Source: Eubacteriales bacterium
Lineage (GTDB): Bacteria > Bacillota > Clostridia > Oscillospirales > CAG-272
Direction of reading: 5' to 3'
Assembly: GCA_045533675.1 (NCBI GenBank)
Contig: JAZSIF010000031.1
Coordinates: 11,634 to 75,633, forward strand
Length of the DNA: 64,000 nt
In this document: piece by piece, positions 28,538 to 37,939 of the stretch
Position numbering within the stretch: the stretch's first letter is position 1
Layout of the letters: every line of letters begins with the position of its first letter
Notes under the pieces: generated by a model
Database searches by the model: none
What the model saw: only the letters and a program-made list of their open reading frames with translations
Told to the model about the DNA's origin: nothing
Made by a program: the position numbers and the translations under genes

Positions 28538-29101
28538 ATGATGAGGATCATTACGGGAAGAGCAAGGGGGATTCGATTGAAGACATTGGAGGGGGAGGAA
28601 ACACGTCCCACCGCTGAACGTGTAAAGGAAGCGATTTTCTCCATGATTCAATTTGATTTGGAAGGAAGAAGTGTTTTGGACCTTTTTTCTGGCTCCGGGC
28701 AAATGGGGCTGGAGGCAGTCAGCCGTGGAGCCTCCACGGCGGTCATGGTGGATCGCTCGAAAGCTGCCGTTCAAATTATAGAAGATAACCTTTCAAAAAC
28801 GAAATTGACCCCCTGGTGTACCGTCCAACAGTCGGATTGTATGGATTTTATTTACAAAAATCAAGGCAGTAAATTTGATATTATTTTTTTGGATCCCCCC
28901 TATGCTTCGGGATTATATTGTCCCGTTATCCAAGCTATGTTGAATGCCGATATGCTAAAGCCCATGTCTATCATTGTTTGTGAAAGTGATCATGATGAAA
29001 TTTTTGGTGAGAATCATGACCTTGCGGAACGATTTGTGATAAAAAAACAGTCGAAATACAGCAAAACGGTCATCACTATTTTAGAGCGAAGGAGCAAGTA
29101 A
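28538..29101 (+). CDS. rsmD: 16S rRNA (guanine966-N2)-methyltransferase
   Basis: RIITGRARG...RPTAERVKEAIFSMI, DLFSGSGQMGLEAVSRGA and FLDPPY. Confidence 0.88.
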   Translation: MMRIITGRARGIRLKTLEGEETRPTAERVKEAIFSMIQFDLEGRSVLDLFSGSGQMGLEAVSRGASTAVMVDRSKAAVQIIEDNLSKTKLTPWCTVQQSDCMDFIYKNQGSKFDIIFLDPPYASGLYCPVIQAMLNADMLKPMSIIVCESDHDEIFGENHDLAERFVIKKQSKYSKTVITILERRSK

Positions 29102-29610
29102 TGAACAAAGAAAAAATATCGATTGCGGTTGTTCCGGGAAGCTTTGATCCCATTACCTATGGACATTTGGACTTGGTAGAACGAGCATTAAAGCAGTATG
29201 ATAAGGTATATTTGGCGGTCATGATCAACCGTGACAAAAGCTATATGTTTACTTTGGAAGAACGAACAAAAATTGCCAGAGCGGCAGTCGCACCTTTTCC
29301 TAATGTAGAGGTCATATCCTCGGAGGGAATGCTTTGGGAGCTTGCACTCAAGCTGAACGCTTGTGCGATTGTAAAAGGATATCGCAACGATAACGACCTT
29401 GCATATGAGAAGAAAATGGCGGAATTTAATAAAATTCATAATCCGAATGCTGAAACGATTCTCCTTGAATCTAAATTGGATTTGATCAATGTAAGTTCAA
29501 CGGTTGTACGAAATAGGATTCTTCAAGGAGAAAAATTAGATGATTTAATGCCATCCAGCGCAGAAAACATTCTTTATCAACTTCTTCAACAAAAAAAATG
29601 TTCTAAATAA
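29101..29610 (+). CDS. coaD: Phosphopantetheine adenylyltransferase
   Basis: AVVPGSFDPITYGHLD motif. TAATG overlap with rsmD. Confidence 0.95.
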   Translation: MNKEKISIAVVPGSFDPITYGHLDLVERALKQYDKVYLAVMINRDKSYMFTLEERTKIARAAVAPFPNVEVISSEGMLWELALKLNACAIVKGYRNDNDLAYEKKMAEFNKIHNPNAETILLESKLDLINVSSTVVRNRILQGEKLDDLMPSSAENILYQLLQQKKCSK

Positions 29611-29657
29611 AAACATCCTCCCATATATTTTAGTGAAAAATATATCGGGAGGATTTT

Positions 29658-31136
29658 ATGGCTGAGCATTCGATTTATCAAGATATTGCCGAAAGAACGG
29701 GCGGAGATATTTATATTGGAGTGGTAGGACCTGTTCGCACGGGAAAGTCAACCTTTATCAAGCGGTTTATGGAATCATTGGTATTACCGAATATCGGGGA
29801 TGAATATTCCAGAGATCGCGCACGGGATGAAATGCCCCAATCTGCCGCCGGAAAGACCGTTATGACCACAGAGCCGAAATTTGTCCCGGATGAAGCAGTT
29901 ACGGTATGCATGGACGATCATACCACACTGCGGGTAAAAATGATTGACTGTGTGGGATATATTGTTTCGGAGGCACTGGGTACGATCGAAAATGGTCAGC
30001 CCAGAATGGTTCACACCCCGTGGCAAGAGGAGCCCATGCCGTTTGTAGAAGCCGCTGAGATGGGAACGGAAAAGGTCATTAATGAGCATTCCACTATTGG
30101 CATGTTGATTACCTCTGACGGAAGCATTGGTGAAATATCCAGAGAAAGCTATGTGCCTGCTGAGGAACGGATCGTAAGAGAATTAAAGAGTATCGGTAAG
30201 CCCTTTGCCATTGTTCTGAATTCGGCAAATCCAACCTCAGAGGATGCCATCCATCTTGCGTATGAGTTGGAAGAAAAGTATGGTGTTCCGGTGGCATTGG
30301 TCAGTTGTATTGATCTTGATGCCGAGGATATTGGACATATTTTAGAGCTTGTATTACATGAGTTTCCCATTTCCGAAATTGCCGTCAATGCACCGGGATG
30401 GATCTCGGCATTGCCATCCGATCATAAAATCAAGCGTTCGCTTCGAAATTCGATTTGTACGTGTGCGGATCGGATTCGCAAGGCAGGAGAATTGAAACGG
30501 GGACTCGAGGATCTGGAGAGTAATGAATTTTTGAAATCGTATCAGATCCTTGAAATGAATATGGGAACGGGAAAGGCAACTGTTCAATTGGAGTTTGATG
30601 ATGCATTATATTATAATGTATTGAGTGAATTAAGCGGATTTGAGATCCAAGACGAGAATAGCTTAATCACACTTTTGAAAGAGCTTTCTCAAAAACGAGC
30701 GCAGTACGACCGTGTAGCCGAAGCCCTTGCAATGGCGGAAGAGAAGGGATACGGAATCGTTATGCCATCTATCGATGATCTCCATCTTGAGGAGCCTGAA
30801 ATCGTCAAGAAATCCGGTGGTTACGGTGTAAGACTCTGTGCTTCCGCTCAATCCATCCACATGATTCGCGCGAACATTGAAACCGAGATTAATCCAATTG
30901 TGGGAACCGAACAGCAATCAGAAGAGTTGGTTCGTTATATGCTAAAGGAATTTGAGGAAGAGCCGGGTAAAATTTGGGAATCCAATGTGCTTGGAAAGAG
31001 CCTTTATGAGCTTGTAAATGAGGGATTGCACACGAAATTGGATCATATGCCGGAAGAATCCCGCACCAAGCTTTCCGAAACACTTGAGCGGATTATTAAT
31101 GAAGGAAGCGGCGGATTGATCTGCATTATCTTATAA
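29658..31136 (+). CDS. spoIVA: Stage IV sporulation protein A
   Basis: YQDIAERTGGDIYIGVVGPVRTGKSTFIKRFME N-terminus. 492 aa with the conserved C-terminal NEGSGGLICIIL. Confidence 0.96.
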   Translation: MAEHSIYQDIAERTGGDIYIGVVGPVRTGKSTFIKRFMESLVLPNIGDEYSRDRARDEMPQSAAGKTVMTTEPKFVPDEAVTVCMDDHTTLRVKMIDCVGYIVSEALGTIENGQPRMVHTPWQEEPMPFVEAAEMGTEKVINEHSTIGMLITSDGSIGEISRESYVPAEERIVRELKSIGKPFAIVLNSANPTSEDAIHLAYELEEKYGVPVALVSCIDLDAEDIGHILELVLHEFPISEIAVNAPGWISALPSDHKIKRSLRNSICTCADRIRKAGELKRGLEDLESNEFLKSYQILEMNMGTGKATVQLEFDDALYYNVLSELSGFEIQDENSLITLLKELSQKRAQYDRVAEALAMAEEKGYGIVMPSIDDLHLEEPEIVKKSGGYGVRLCASAQSIHMIRANIETEINPIVGTEQQSEELVRYMLKEFEEEPGKIWESNVLGKSLYELVNEGLHTKLDHMPEESRTKLSETLERIINEGSGGLICIIL

Positions 31137-31148
31137 GATTACAAATAA

Positions 31149-31186
31149 AGCAAAAACGGTATATCCTCATGGATATACCGTTTTTG
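31149..31186. terminator. Bidirectional terminator between spoIVA and the recombinase gene
   Basis: 17-bp perfect stem gcaaaaacggtatatcc / ggatataccgtttttgc. Confidence 0.85.
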
Positions 31187-31187
31187 C

Positions 31188-32216
31188 TTATGTATGCTCG
31201 TCGTCTGTATTACGAAGAATTTCCTCTTGTTTTGCCAGCGGATTTTTTTCCATTGCTTCTTCCATGCTCCGATTGCTTACATGGGTGTAGATCTGGGTGG
31301 TGTTTAATTGCTCATGTCCTAAAATATCCTTCAGAACACGAACGTCCACCTGTCCGGTCTGGTACATGAGTGTGGCGGCAGTATGTCGAAGCTTATGTAC
31401 CGAATAGTGCTTAGATTCCAAGCCTGCAAGCTCTAAATATTTATATACCACCCATTGTACGGTTTTAACACTGATTCGCTGATCTCGACTGCTCAAAAAC
31501 AAAGCAGGAGACGCGCATTTGACGTGCTTTTCACTGAGTCGTTCTTCAAAATAATCCCGCAAAGCGTCTCGACAGGCTTCGTTCAAATAAACGATTCGTT
31601 GCTTATTTCCTTTTCCCGTAACAGTCAACGAGCGGAACTGACGATCTACATCATTAAGGTCAATCCCAACCAATTCGGATACACGCATGCCACAATTTAG
31701 AAACAGCGTGATCATGGCATAGTCACGGACGATCGTTTTCGATTCTGTATCTTTTTTTATGGCATCCAACAAGGATAGGCTTTCTTCCAAGGATAGAAAT
31801 TTTGGTAAAGCCTTTTTTTGTTTTGGAGACTCGATGTTTGCCGCGGGATTTTCTTCCAACATCATTCTTTTCACAGTGAGATATTTGAAAAAACCTTTAA
31901 TGGAAGATAGTTTCCTGGATTTTGCGGCAGACATATTTTTGCGAATGTGATCCGCATACATCAAGAAGTCGTATATGTCCTCCGTAGTAATATTTCTAAT
32001 ATATTCCAAATCTATATCGTGAATGTCAATCTCTTCGAACGCGTCGGAGCACGGATCAATCTTTTGCTCCCTGGCTCTTAGATATCGGAAAAAGGTTCTT
32101 AGATCCAACATATATTCCGATACGGTCTTTTCGGATGAATTTTGAATTACGGACTTATATGTAGCGAATTCGCGAACGAGGGAGGGAAGTGAGTCCGGAG
32201 AAATATGATTGAGCAT
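31188..32216 (-). CDS. Tyrosine site-specific recombinase, XerC/XerD family
   Basis: SAM-like N-domain. Catalytic-domain motifs GMRVSEL, HKLRHTAAT and LGHEQLNTTQIYTHV. The ATG at 32216 is preceded by GGAGG. Confidence 0.82.
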   Translation of the reverse strand: MLNHISPDSLPSLVREFATYKSVIQNSSEKTVSEYMLDLRTFFRYLRAREQKIDPCSDAFEEIDIHDIDLEYIRNITTEDIYDFLMYADHIRKNMSAAKSRKLSSIKGFFKYLTVKRMMLEENPAANIESPKQKKALPKFLSLEESLSLLDAIKKDTESKTIVRDYAMITLFLNCGMRVSELVGIDLNDVDRQFRSLTVTGKGNKQRIVYLNEACRDALRDYFEERLSEKHVKCASPALFLSSRDQRISVKTVQWVVYKYLELAGLESKHYSVHKLRHTAATLMYQTGQVDVRVLKDILGHEQLNTTQIYTHVSNRSMEEAMEKNPLAKQEEILRNTDDEHT

Positions 32217-32305
32217 AAAAACCTCCATAATGTATCCATCTATTAATATTATATAACATTCGGTGATAATTTAGTGGATAAAGTGTAAATTTTTAAAGCA
32301 ATATC

Positions 32306-32334
32306 TTGAAAAAATTGATTTTCTCCCCTATAAT
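32306..32334 (+). promoter_or_regulatory. Sigma-A promoter candidate
   Basis: TTGAAA, 17 nt, TATAAT. Confidence 0.5.
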
Positions 32335-32372
32335 ATAAGCGAATGATTTCATCAAAGACAGTGGGAGGGCGA

Positions 32373-32936
32373 ATGAAGGCTTTTTTGCGTCAATACTCAT
32401 ATAGTATTATAAAAATGTTTATCAATCAATTTGCCATTGCTATTTTTGGAGCGGTATTGACCTTAGCAACTGCCGCTACACATAATAGTTGGCTGATTGT
32501 GGGGGTCAGTGTATTTTCGATCATCTTTTACCTGTTCTTAATCTACACCATGACTTGGGAAATCGGCGCAAAGGATCGCATTTCGGTGGATTGCGGGAAG
32601 AAACCATACCGTCCTCATACAGGACTGTTGTTATCCTTGCTTGCAAATATTCCGAATTTGCTGATTGCGGCTTTATTTGCCATTTCACAACCATTTAGTC
32701 AAACCGAGAAATGGGCGGGAAATATGCACGCTATTTTGTTGGCTATTTCTATTTTTGTTGAAGGAATGTATTACGGAATCATTTCTCGCTTTCACCATAT
32801 TTGGTGGCTGTATTTCTTAATCGTAGTACCTGCATTGCTTATAGCATGGTTTTCCTACTTTATGGGCTTTCAAAACAAGCGCTTTTTGGCGGGATACTTT
32901 GATAAACGAATGAAAGAAAAAAATAAGAAACAGTGA
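32373..32936 (+). CDS. Hypothetical polytopic membrane protein
   Basis: About 5 hydrophobic helices. GGGAGGG lies upstream of the ATG at 32373. No family recognised. Confidence 0.55.
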   Translation: MKAFLRQYSYSIIKMFINQFAIAIFGAVLTLATAATHNSWLIVGVSVFSIIFYLFLIYTMTWEIGAKDRISVDCGKKPYRPHTGLLLSLLANIPNLLIAALFAISQPFSQTEKWAGNMHAILLAISIFVEGMYYGIISRFHHIWWLYFLIVVPALLIAWFSYFMGFQNKRFLAGYFDKRMKEKNKKQ

Positions 32937-32937
32937 T

Positions 32938-32969
32938 AAAAAATCCGCCGATTCATCGGCGGATTTTTT
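32938..32969. terminator. Bidirectional Rho-independent terminator
   Basis: aaaaaatccgccg...cggcggatttttt. Confidence 0.8.
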
Positions 32970-32982
32970 GTGAAATGTATAC

Positions 32983-33231
32983 TTAGGTATCGTTTTCTAA
33001 GTAATTTTTAATCAGAGAAACCAAAAGATCATCTCGATTGATATGCCCGATCATGCCTCTGGCATTTTTCCAGTCGGTAATGTATACAGGATCCTCGGAC
33101 AAAATATATCCCGCGATTTGACGTGCCGGATCATAGCCTTTTTCGCAAAGAGCTTCATAGATCTCCTTGAGTGTTTTTTTCATGTCTTCTTCGTCGGAAT
33201 AAATATCCTTTTTTGATGTGTTCTCGTTCAT
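32983..33231 (-). CDS. ireB: IreB-family regulatory phosphoprotein (UPF0297)
   Basis: LKEIYEALCEKGYDPARQIAGYILSEDPVYIT...NARGMI pattern of UPF0297. GGAGGTG ribosome-binding site before the ATG at 33231. Confidence 0.8.
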   Translation of the reverse strand: MNENTSKKDIYSDEEDMKKTLKEIYEALCEKGYDPARQIAGYILSEDPVYITDWKNARGMIGHINRDDLLVSLIKNYLENDT

Positions 33232-33361
33232 AAAAGCACCTCCGACCGATACATAAGATTCGGGATGTTGATCTTGAGACAAGTATAACACTTTAGCGGC
33301 AAAATATCTACAAACTTTTTGTTAATTTTTCGGAAAAAAGACAAAATATTTTTCGTAATAC

Positions 33362-33390
33362 TTGATTTTTTTCCTAAGTTGGTGTATAAT
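33362..33390 (+). promoter_or_regulatory. Sigma-A promoter candidate for fba
   Basis: TTGATT, 17 nt, TATAAT. Confidence 0.5.
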
Positions 33391-33425
33391 ACAAGAGATA
33401 AATTATTTTAAAGGAGATAAAAAAT

Positions 33426-34289
33426 ATGTTAGTTTCCGCAAAAGAAATGCTGACCAAAGCAAAAGCCGGTAAGTATGCCGTAGGACAGTTCAACATCAAC
33501 AATCTGGAGTGGACCAAGGCGATCCTTTTGACCGCTCAAGAGCTGAACTCTCCTGTGATTCTTGGCGTTTCCGAGGGGGCAGGAAAGTACATGGCAGGCT
33601 ACAAGACCGTTGTTGGAATGGTAAACGGTATGCTGGAGGAGTTGAAGATTACGGTTCCCGTTGCTCTTCATTTGGACCATGGCTCTTATGAAGCTTGTTA
33701 CAAGTGCATCGAGGCAGGTTTCTCTTCCGTTATGTTTGATGGTTCTCATTATCCCATTGAGGAAAATGTTGCTAAGACCAAAGAGCTGATTGACGTTTGT
33801 GCCGCAAAGGGACTTTCTCTGGAGGCAGAGGTTGGTTCTATTGGCGGTGAAGAAGATGGCGTTGTTGGTATGGGTGAATGTGCTGATCCCGAGGAGTGTA
33901 AGATGATTGCGGATCTCGGAGTAACCATGTTGGCTGCAGGTATTGGAAATATACACGGAAAGTACCCCGCGAACTGGGCAGGTCTCTCCTTTGAGACTCT
34001 TGATGCGATCCAGCAGAAAACCGGTGAAATGCCTCTCGTTCTTCATGGCGGTACGGGCATTCCCGCGGATATGATCAAGAAGGCAATTTCTCTTGGTGTT
34101 GCCAAGATTAACGTAAATACCGAGTGTCAGCTGTCTTTTGCCGCTGCTACCCGTGAGTATATCGAGGCAGGTAAGGATCTTGTTGGAAAGGGCTTTGACC
34201 CCAGAAAGGTTTTGGCTCCCGGCTTTGAGGCGATTAAGGCAACCGTTAAGGAAAAGATGGAGCTGTTCGGTTCTGTGAACAAGGCGTAA
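33426..34289 (+). CDS. fba: Class II fructose-1,6-bisphosphate aldolase
   Basis: AVGQFNINNLEW, LHLDHG, GSIGGEEDG and LVLHGGTG motifs. Confidence 0.95.
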   Translation: MLVSAKEMLTKAKAGKYAVGQFNINNLEWTKAILLTAQELNSPVILGVSEGAGKYMAGYKTVVGMVNGMLEELKITVPVALHLDHGSYEACYKCIEAGFSSVMFDGSHYPIEENVAKTKELIDVCAAKGLSLEAEVGSIGGEEDGVVGMGECADPEECKMIADLGVTMLAAGIGNIHGKYPANWAGLSFETLDAIQQKTGEMPLVLHGGTGIPADMIKKAISLGVAKINVNTECQLSFAAATREYIEAGKDLVGKGFDPRKVLAPGFEAIKATVKEKMELFGSVNKA

Positions 34290-34305
34290 GTCGATATAGG
34301 AAGAT

Positions 34306-34338
34306 AACAGAGGTTGTTGCCTTGGCACAACCTCTGTT
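34306..34338 (+). terminator. Hairpin after fba (weak T-tract)
   Basis: aacagaggttgttgcc / ggcacaacctctgtt stem with one bulge. Confidence 0.5.
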
Positions 34339-34366
34339 TCTGTAGAAAAAAAGAAAGGGAATCTTC

Positions 34367-35431
34367 ATGATAAAAATTGATATTATTTCCGGCTTTTTGG
34401 GGGCAGGAAAAACCACGTTGATCAATCGGTTGATTCACGAGGCATATAAGAACGAAAAGCTTGTTTTGATTGAAAATGAATTTGGTGAAATAGGAATTGA
34501 TGGTGGCTTTTTGCAAGGTAGCGGTGTCAAAATTGCTGAAATGAATTCGGGTTGCATTTGCTGTTCTTTGGTTGGTGATTTTAGCAAAGCACTCAAACAG
34601 GTGATTGACGACTATCATCCCGATCGAATTTTGATCGAACCCTCCGGTGTGGGAAAACTTAGCGATGTAACCAAAGCGGTTTTGTCTGCTGAGTTAGAGT
34701 GTGCGGAGCTCAATAGTGCGGTTGTTGTGGTCGATGTGAACAAGTGCAAAATGTATATGAAGAACTTTGGAGAGTTCTTTAATGATCAAATCTCTCATGC
34801 GGGATGCATTATTTTCAGCCACACCGATAAGACAACCGAGCAAAAGCTTCATGAATCCTTGGAATTGGTCCGTACCAAAAATCACAGTGCAGTAGTTGTT
34901 ACCACACCCTCCGATCAATTGGACATTCAAACTCTTTTGGATGCTATGGAAAAGAAGGAGACCTTGGAGGAACAACTGAAAGAATTGGTGGAGCACGGGG
35001 AAGAGTGCCCTGTATGTGGATGTCCTCATGAGCACGAACATCATCATGAGCATGAGCATCATCATGAGCATGAACATCACGATGAGCATTGTGATTGTGA
35101 ACATCACCACCATCATGAACATCAGCACCATCATCACCATCATGCGGACGAGGTATTTACTAGTTGGGGCAAGGAAACCCTGCAGAAATATAGTGCGGAA
35201 GAAATGGAAGATCTATTGGCGGCACTGGAGCATGAGGATGTCTATGGTATGATTCTTCGTGCCAAGGGAATTGTAAAGTCTACCGATGACCGTTGGATTT
35301 ATTTTGATTATGTTCCCGGAGAGGCGGACGTACGGTACGGAAGTCCCGCCCCCATCGGCAAGATTTGCGTGATTGGCTCGCAAATGGATGAAGAAGCTAT
35401 TTCGAACTTGTTTGATGGGATAAAGGAGTAA
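34367..35431 (+). CDS. COG0523 (CobW/G3E family) GTPase with a His/Cys-rich insert; putative metal chaperone
   Basis: Walker A GFLGAGKTTL, CxCC motif GCICCS, EPSGVG and SHTDK. His-rich stretch CPVCGCPHEHEHHHEHEHHHEHEHHDEHCDCEHHHHHEHQHHHHHH, followed by a CobW_C-like domain. Confidence 0.88.
   Translation: MIKIDIISGFLGAGKTTLINRLIHEAYKNEKLVLIENEFGEIGIDGGFLQGSGVKIAEMNSGCICCSLVGDFSKALKQVIDDYHPDRILIEPSGVGKLSDVTKAVLSAELECAELNSAVVVVDVNKCKMYMKNFGEFFNDQISHAGCIIFSHTDKTTEQKLHESLELVRTKNHSAVVVTTPSDQLDIQTLLDAMEKKETLEEQLKELVEHGEECPVCGCPHEHEHHHEHEHHHEHEHHDEHCDCEHHHHHEHQHHHHHHADEVFTSWGKETLQKYSAEEMEDLLAALEHEDVYGMILRAKGIVKSTDDRWIYFDYVPGEADVRYGSPAPIGKICVIGSQMDEEAISNLFDGIKE
35006..35143 (+). repeat. Low-complexity (CAT/CAC/GAG)n coding repeat encoding the His/Glu/Cys-rich segment
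   Basis: Runs of catgag/catcat codons. The segment reads CPVCGC, then about 40 aa dominated by H/E with an embedded CDC. Confidence 0.8.
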
Positions 35432-35434
35432 GTT

Positions 35435-36379
35435 ATGCAACAGATCCCCGTGTACCTGTTTACAGGCTTTCTGGAGGCGGGAAAAACCTCGATGATCCAG
35501 GAATCGTTGAATGATCAAAACTTCAACAGCGGTGAAAAAACACTGCTTCTGATGTGTGAGGAAGGCATAGAAGAATTAGACCCCTCTCAGTTTTGGGGAC
35601 AGAATGTAACCATTCGTATGATCGAAAATGAATCTGATCTGACAAAGGAAAACTTTGTGGAATGGATTAAGGGAAAGCGAATTGATCGTATTATTATCGA
35701 ATACAATGGCATGTGGCCCTTGCAAACCCTTTATAAGAGTTTTCCTCAAGGATTGGCAATCTATCAGAATGTCATGTTTGCCGATGCCAATACGTTTATC
35801 AATTATAACAATAATATGAGACAGTTGACCGTGGACAAGCTGATGGATGCGGAAATGATTGTTTTAAATCGTACGCCTTCTACTATTGACAAGGATGAGA
35901 TCCATAAAATCATACGTGGTATCTCTCGGCGTGCGGCCATCGTATATGATTATCCGGACGGACACGTGGAATACGATGAAATTGAGGATCCATTGCCCTT
36001 TGATTTGGATGCACCGATTGTCGAGATCGACGACGGAGATTACGCGGTTTGGTACCGAGATCTTTCGGAGGAACTGGATAAATATCACGGAAAAACCGTC
36101 AAGGTGAAGGGAATCGTGGCACGGGATCCGTCCTTGAATCAAAACTCTATCATTTTTGGACGCCACGTGATGACTTGCTGCGTGGATGATATTCAGTTTA
36201 GCGGATTGATATGTGTGTTTAAAAATGCTCCCAAACTGAAATCCAAGGATTGGATTACGGTAAAGGGAAGGATTCAAGTGGAACGCCATCCGATGTATAA
36301 ACAAAAGGGACCGGTTCTTTACGTAGAATCTACCGAATTTGCTGTTCCACCTAGGCAAGAGGTGGCAACATTCTATTGA
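35435..36379 (+). CDS. G3E-like N-domain protein lacking CxCC, fused to a DUF1980/TIGR03943-like C-terminal domain
   Basis: The N-terminus FTGFLEAGKTSMI resembles a CobW Walker A, but no CxCC motif is present. The C-terminus FGRHVMTCCVDDIQFSG...WITVKG matches my memory of the YcgQ-type DUF1980 C-domain. Confidence 0.7.
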   Translation: MQQIPVYLFTGFLEAGKTSMIQESLNDQNFNSGEKTLLLMCEEGIEELDPSQFWGQNVTIRMIENESDLTKENFVEWIKGKRIDRIIIEYNGMWPLQTLYKSFPQGLAIYQNVMFADANTFINYNNNMRQLTVDKLMDAEMIVLNRTPSTIDKDEIHKIIRGISRRAAIVYDYPDGHVEYDEIEDPLPFDLDAPIVEIDDGDYAVWYRDLSEELDKYHGKTVKVKGIVARDPSLNQNSIIFGRHVMTCCVDDIQFSGLICVFKNAPKLKSKDWITVKGRIQVERHPMYKQKGPVLYVESTEFAVPPRQEVATFY

Positions 36380-36410
36380 TTATTGAGTATTTAACATCCA
36401 TACGAATTGA

Positions 36411-36560
36411 AAACGCAAAAAGCTGATCATCAGAAGAAGGGAGATGCAGCTTTCTATTGCGGACATCGGAGAACTATGCGGATATTACGACGGGAATTAT
36501 TTCTCCAGAGTCTTTAAAAAACATGTTGATGTCGCACCACAGGGGTATCAAGAAGAATAA
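36411..36560 (+). pseudogene. Remnant of the 3' end of an AraC-family regulator gene
   Basis: An in-frame stretch ends with LSIADIGELCGYYDGNYFSRVFKKHVDVAPQGYQEE*, the second HTH of AraC/XylS proteins. It is bounded upstream by a stop at 36408, with no upstream domain. Confidence 0.6.
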
Positions 36561-36561
36561 A

Positions 36562-36594
36562 ATATGTCCCCCATACAACAGATGGGGGACATAT
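36562..36594. terminator. Bidirectional terminator (clpX 3' end)
   Basis: 12-bp perfect stem atatgtccccca / tgggggacatat, flanked by A/T runs. Confidence 0.85.
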
Positions 36595-36595
36595 T

Positions 36596-37915
36596 TTATT
36601 CAGTAAGCTCACCGCTGATTTTGGGTTCAGCGATCAGCTCCTTGATGACGTATTGTGGCTTACCTGTTCCAAGTACACATTCCGAGTTTACAATCACCTC
36701 GGCAACATCCTCGCGGGAGGGAAGCTCGTACATAATGGGGAGCATCATATTTTCCATGATGGAACGTAGTCCGCGCGCCCCCGTATTTCTTTCAATGGCT
36801 TGTGCGGCAATGGTTTCCATTGCGGAACGGTCGAAGGTTAGCTGTACACCGTCCATCTCCAATAGCTTTTGATACTGCTTTGTCAAAGAGTTCTTTGGCT
36901 CACTGAGAATGCGGACCAAAGCATCACGATCAAGATCGTTTAAGGCGACAGTTACAGGAATACGACCGACCAACTCGGGGATGAGTCCGAATTTCACAAT
37001 ATCGTGAGGGATGACATCCTTAAAGATACCTACGCTCTTCCGTTCGGATTTCTTTTTGATCTCGCTGGAAAACCCAATGGTCTGATTCCCCTGACGCTTT
37101 TCAATGATCTTTTCCAAACCGTCAAACGCTCCTCCGCAAATAAAGAGGATATTTTCAGTGTTGATTTGAATGAATTCTTGATTGGGATGCTTTCTGCCTC
37201 CCTGAGGGGGAACATTTGCAACCGTGCCTTCGAGAATCTTTAAGAGTGCCTGCTGAACGCCCTCACCCGAGACATCACGGGTAATGGAACGATTTTCGCT
37301 TTTGCGAGCAATCTTATCAATCTCATCAATATAGATGATTCCTTTTTCCGCCAATTCTATGTCATAATCTGCCGCTTGAATCAGTCGGAGCAAAATATTT
37401 TCCACGTCCTCACCAACGTAACCTGCTTCGGTCAAGGTGGTAGCGTCTGCAATGGCAAAGGGAACCTTTAGAGATTTTGCAAGGGTTTGTGCCAAATAGG
37501 TTTTTCCTACACCTGTCGGCCCGATCAAAAGAACGTTGCTCTTCTGAAGATCGACGTCATAGGAGCCATCCTCGTTTTTATCATTTTCTTTGGCTTTTTT
37601 ATATAGAATTCTTTTGTAGTGATTATAAACAGCCACAGACAACGCAAACTTGGCATCATCTTGACCGATTACATATTCATCCAAGATCTCCTTGATCTCT
37701 GCGGGTTTCGGAAGTGTCTCAAATGTAAGATCATCTACATTGGTTTCGGTTGCAACCGTGTGCTGATAGATCAGCTCTTGGCACGCTTCTACGCAGAAAT
37801 CACAAATATAGGCTCCCGTTGGGGAGGGAATCAAAAACTCAACTTGGTTTTCTTTTCGTCCGCAAAAGGAGCAAAAGCGGAGTCCGGACGTATTGTTGTT
37901 TGTATTGGAAGACAT
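36596..37915 (-). CDS. clpX: ATP-dependent Clp protease ATP-binding subunit ClpX
   Basis: N-terminal zinc-binding domain CSFCGR...CDFC, Walker [17 protein letters not shown] and GARGLRS. Confidence 0.97.
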   Translation of the reverse strand: MSSNTNNNTSGLRFCSFCGRKENQVEFLIPSPTGAYICDFCVEACQELIYQHTVATETNVDDLTFETLPKPAEIKEILDEYVIGQDDAKFALSVAVYNHYKRILYKKAKENDKNEDGSYDVDLQKSNVLLIGPTGVGKTYLAQTLAKSLKVPFAIADATTLTEAGYVGEDVENILLRLIQAADYDIELAEKGIIYIDEIDKIARKSENRSITRDVSGEGVQQALLKILEGTVANVPPQGGRKHPNQEFIQINTENILFICGGAFDGLEKIIEKRQGNQTIGFSSEIKKKSERKSVGIFKDVIPHDIVKFGLIPELVGRIPVTVALNDLDRDALVRILSEPKNSLTKQYQKLLEMDGVQLTFDRSAMETIAAQAIERNTGARGLRSIMENMMLPIMYELPSREDVAEVIVNSECVLGTGKPQYVIKELIAEPKISGELTE

Positions 37916-37939
37916 TCTATGATCCTTTCGGATGAATTT

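Noticed and set aside
31169-31369. 66-aa plus-strand ORF beginning inside the spoIVA terminator
   Set aside because: It starts within the terminator hairpin, runs antisense to the recombinase gene, and has no ribosome-binding site.
33429-34328. 299-aa ORF antisense to fba
   Set aside because: The fba call is certain. The antisense frame is open only because of the GC3-biased codon usage of this highly expressed gene.
34694-35143. 149-aa ORF starting MMVMMVLMFMMVVMF, opposite the COG0523 gene
   Set aside because: It is the reverse complement of the His/Glu codon repeat (CAT/GAG read as ATG/CTC). It is a pure mirror artefact.
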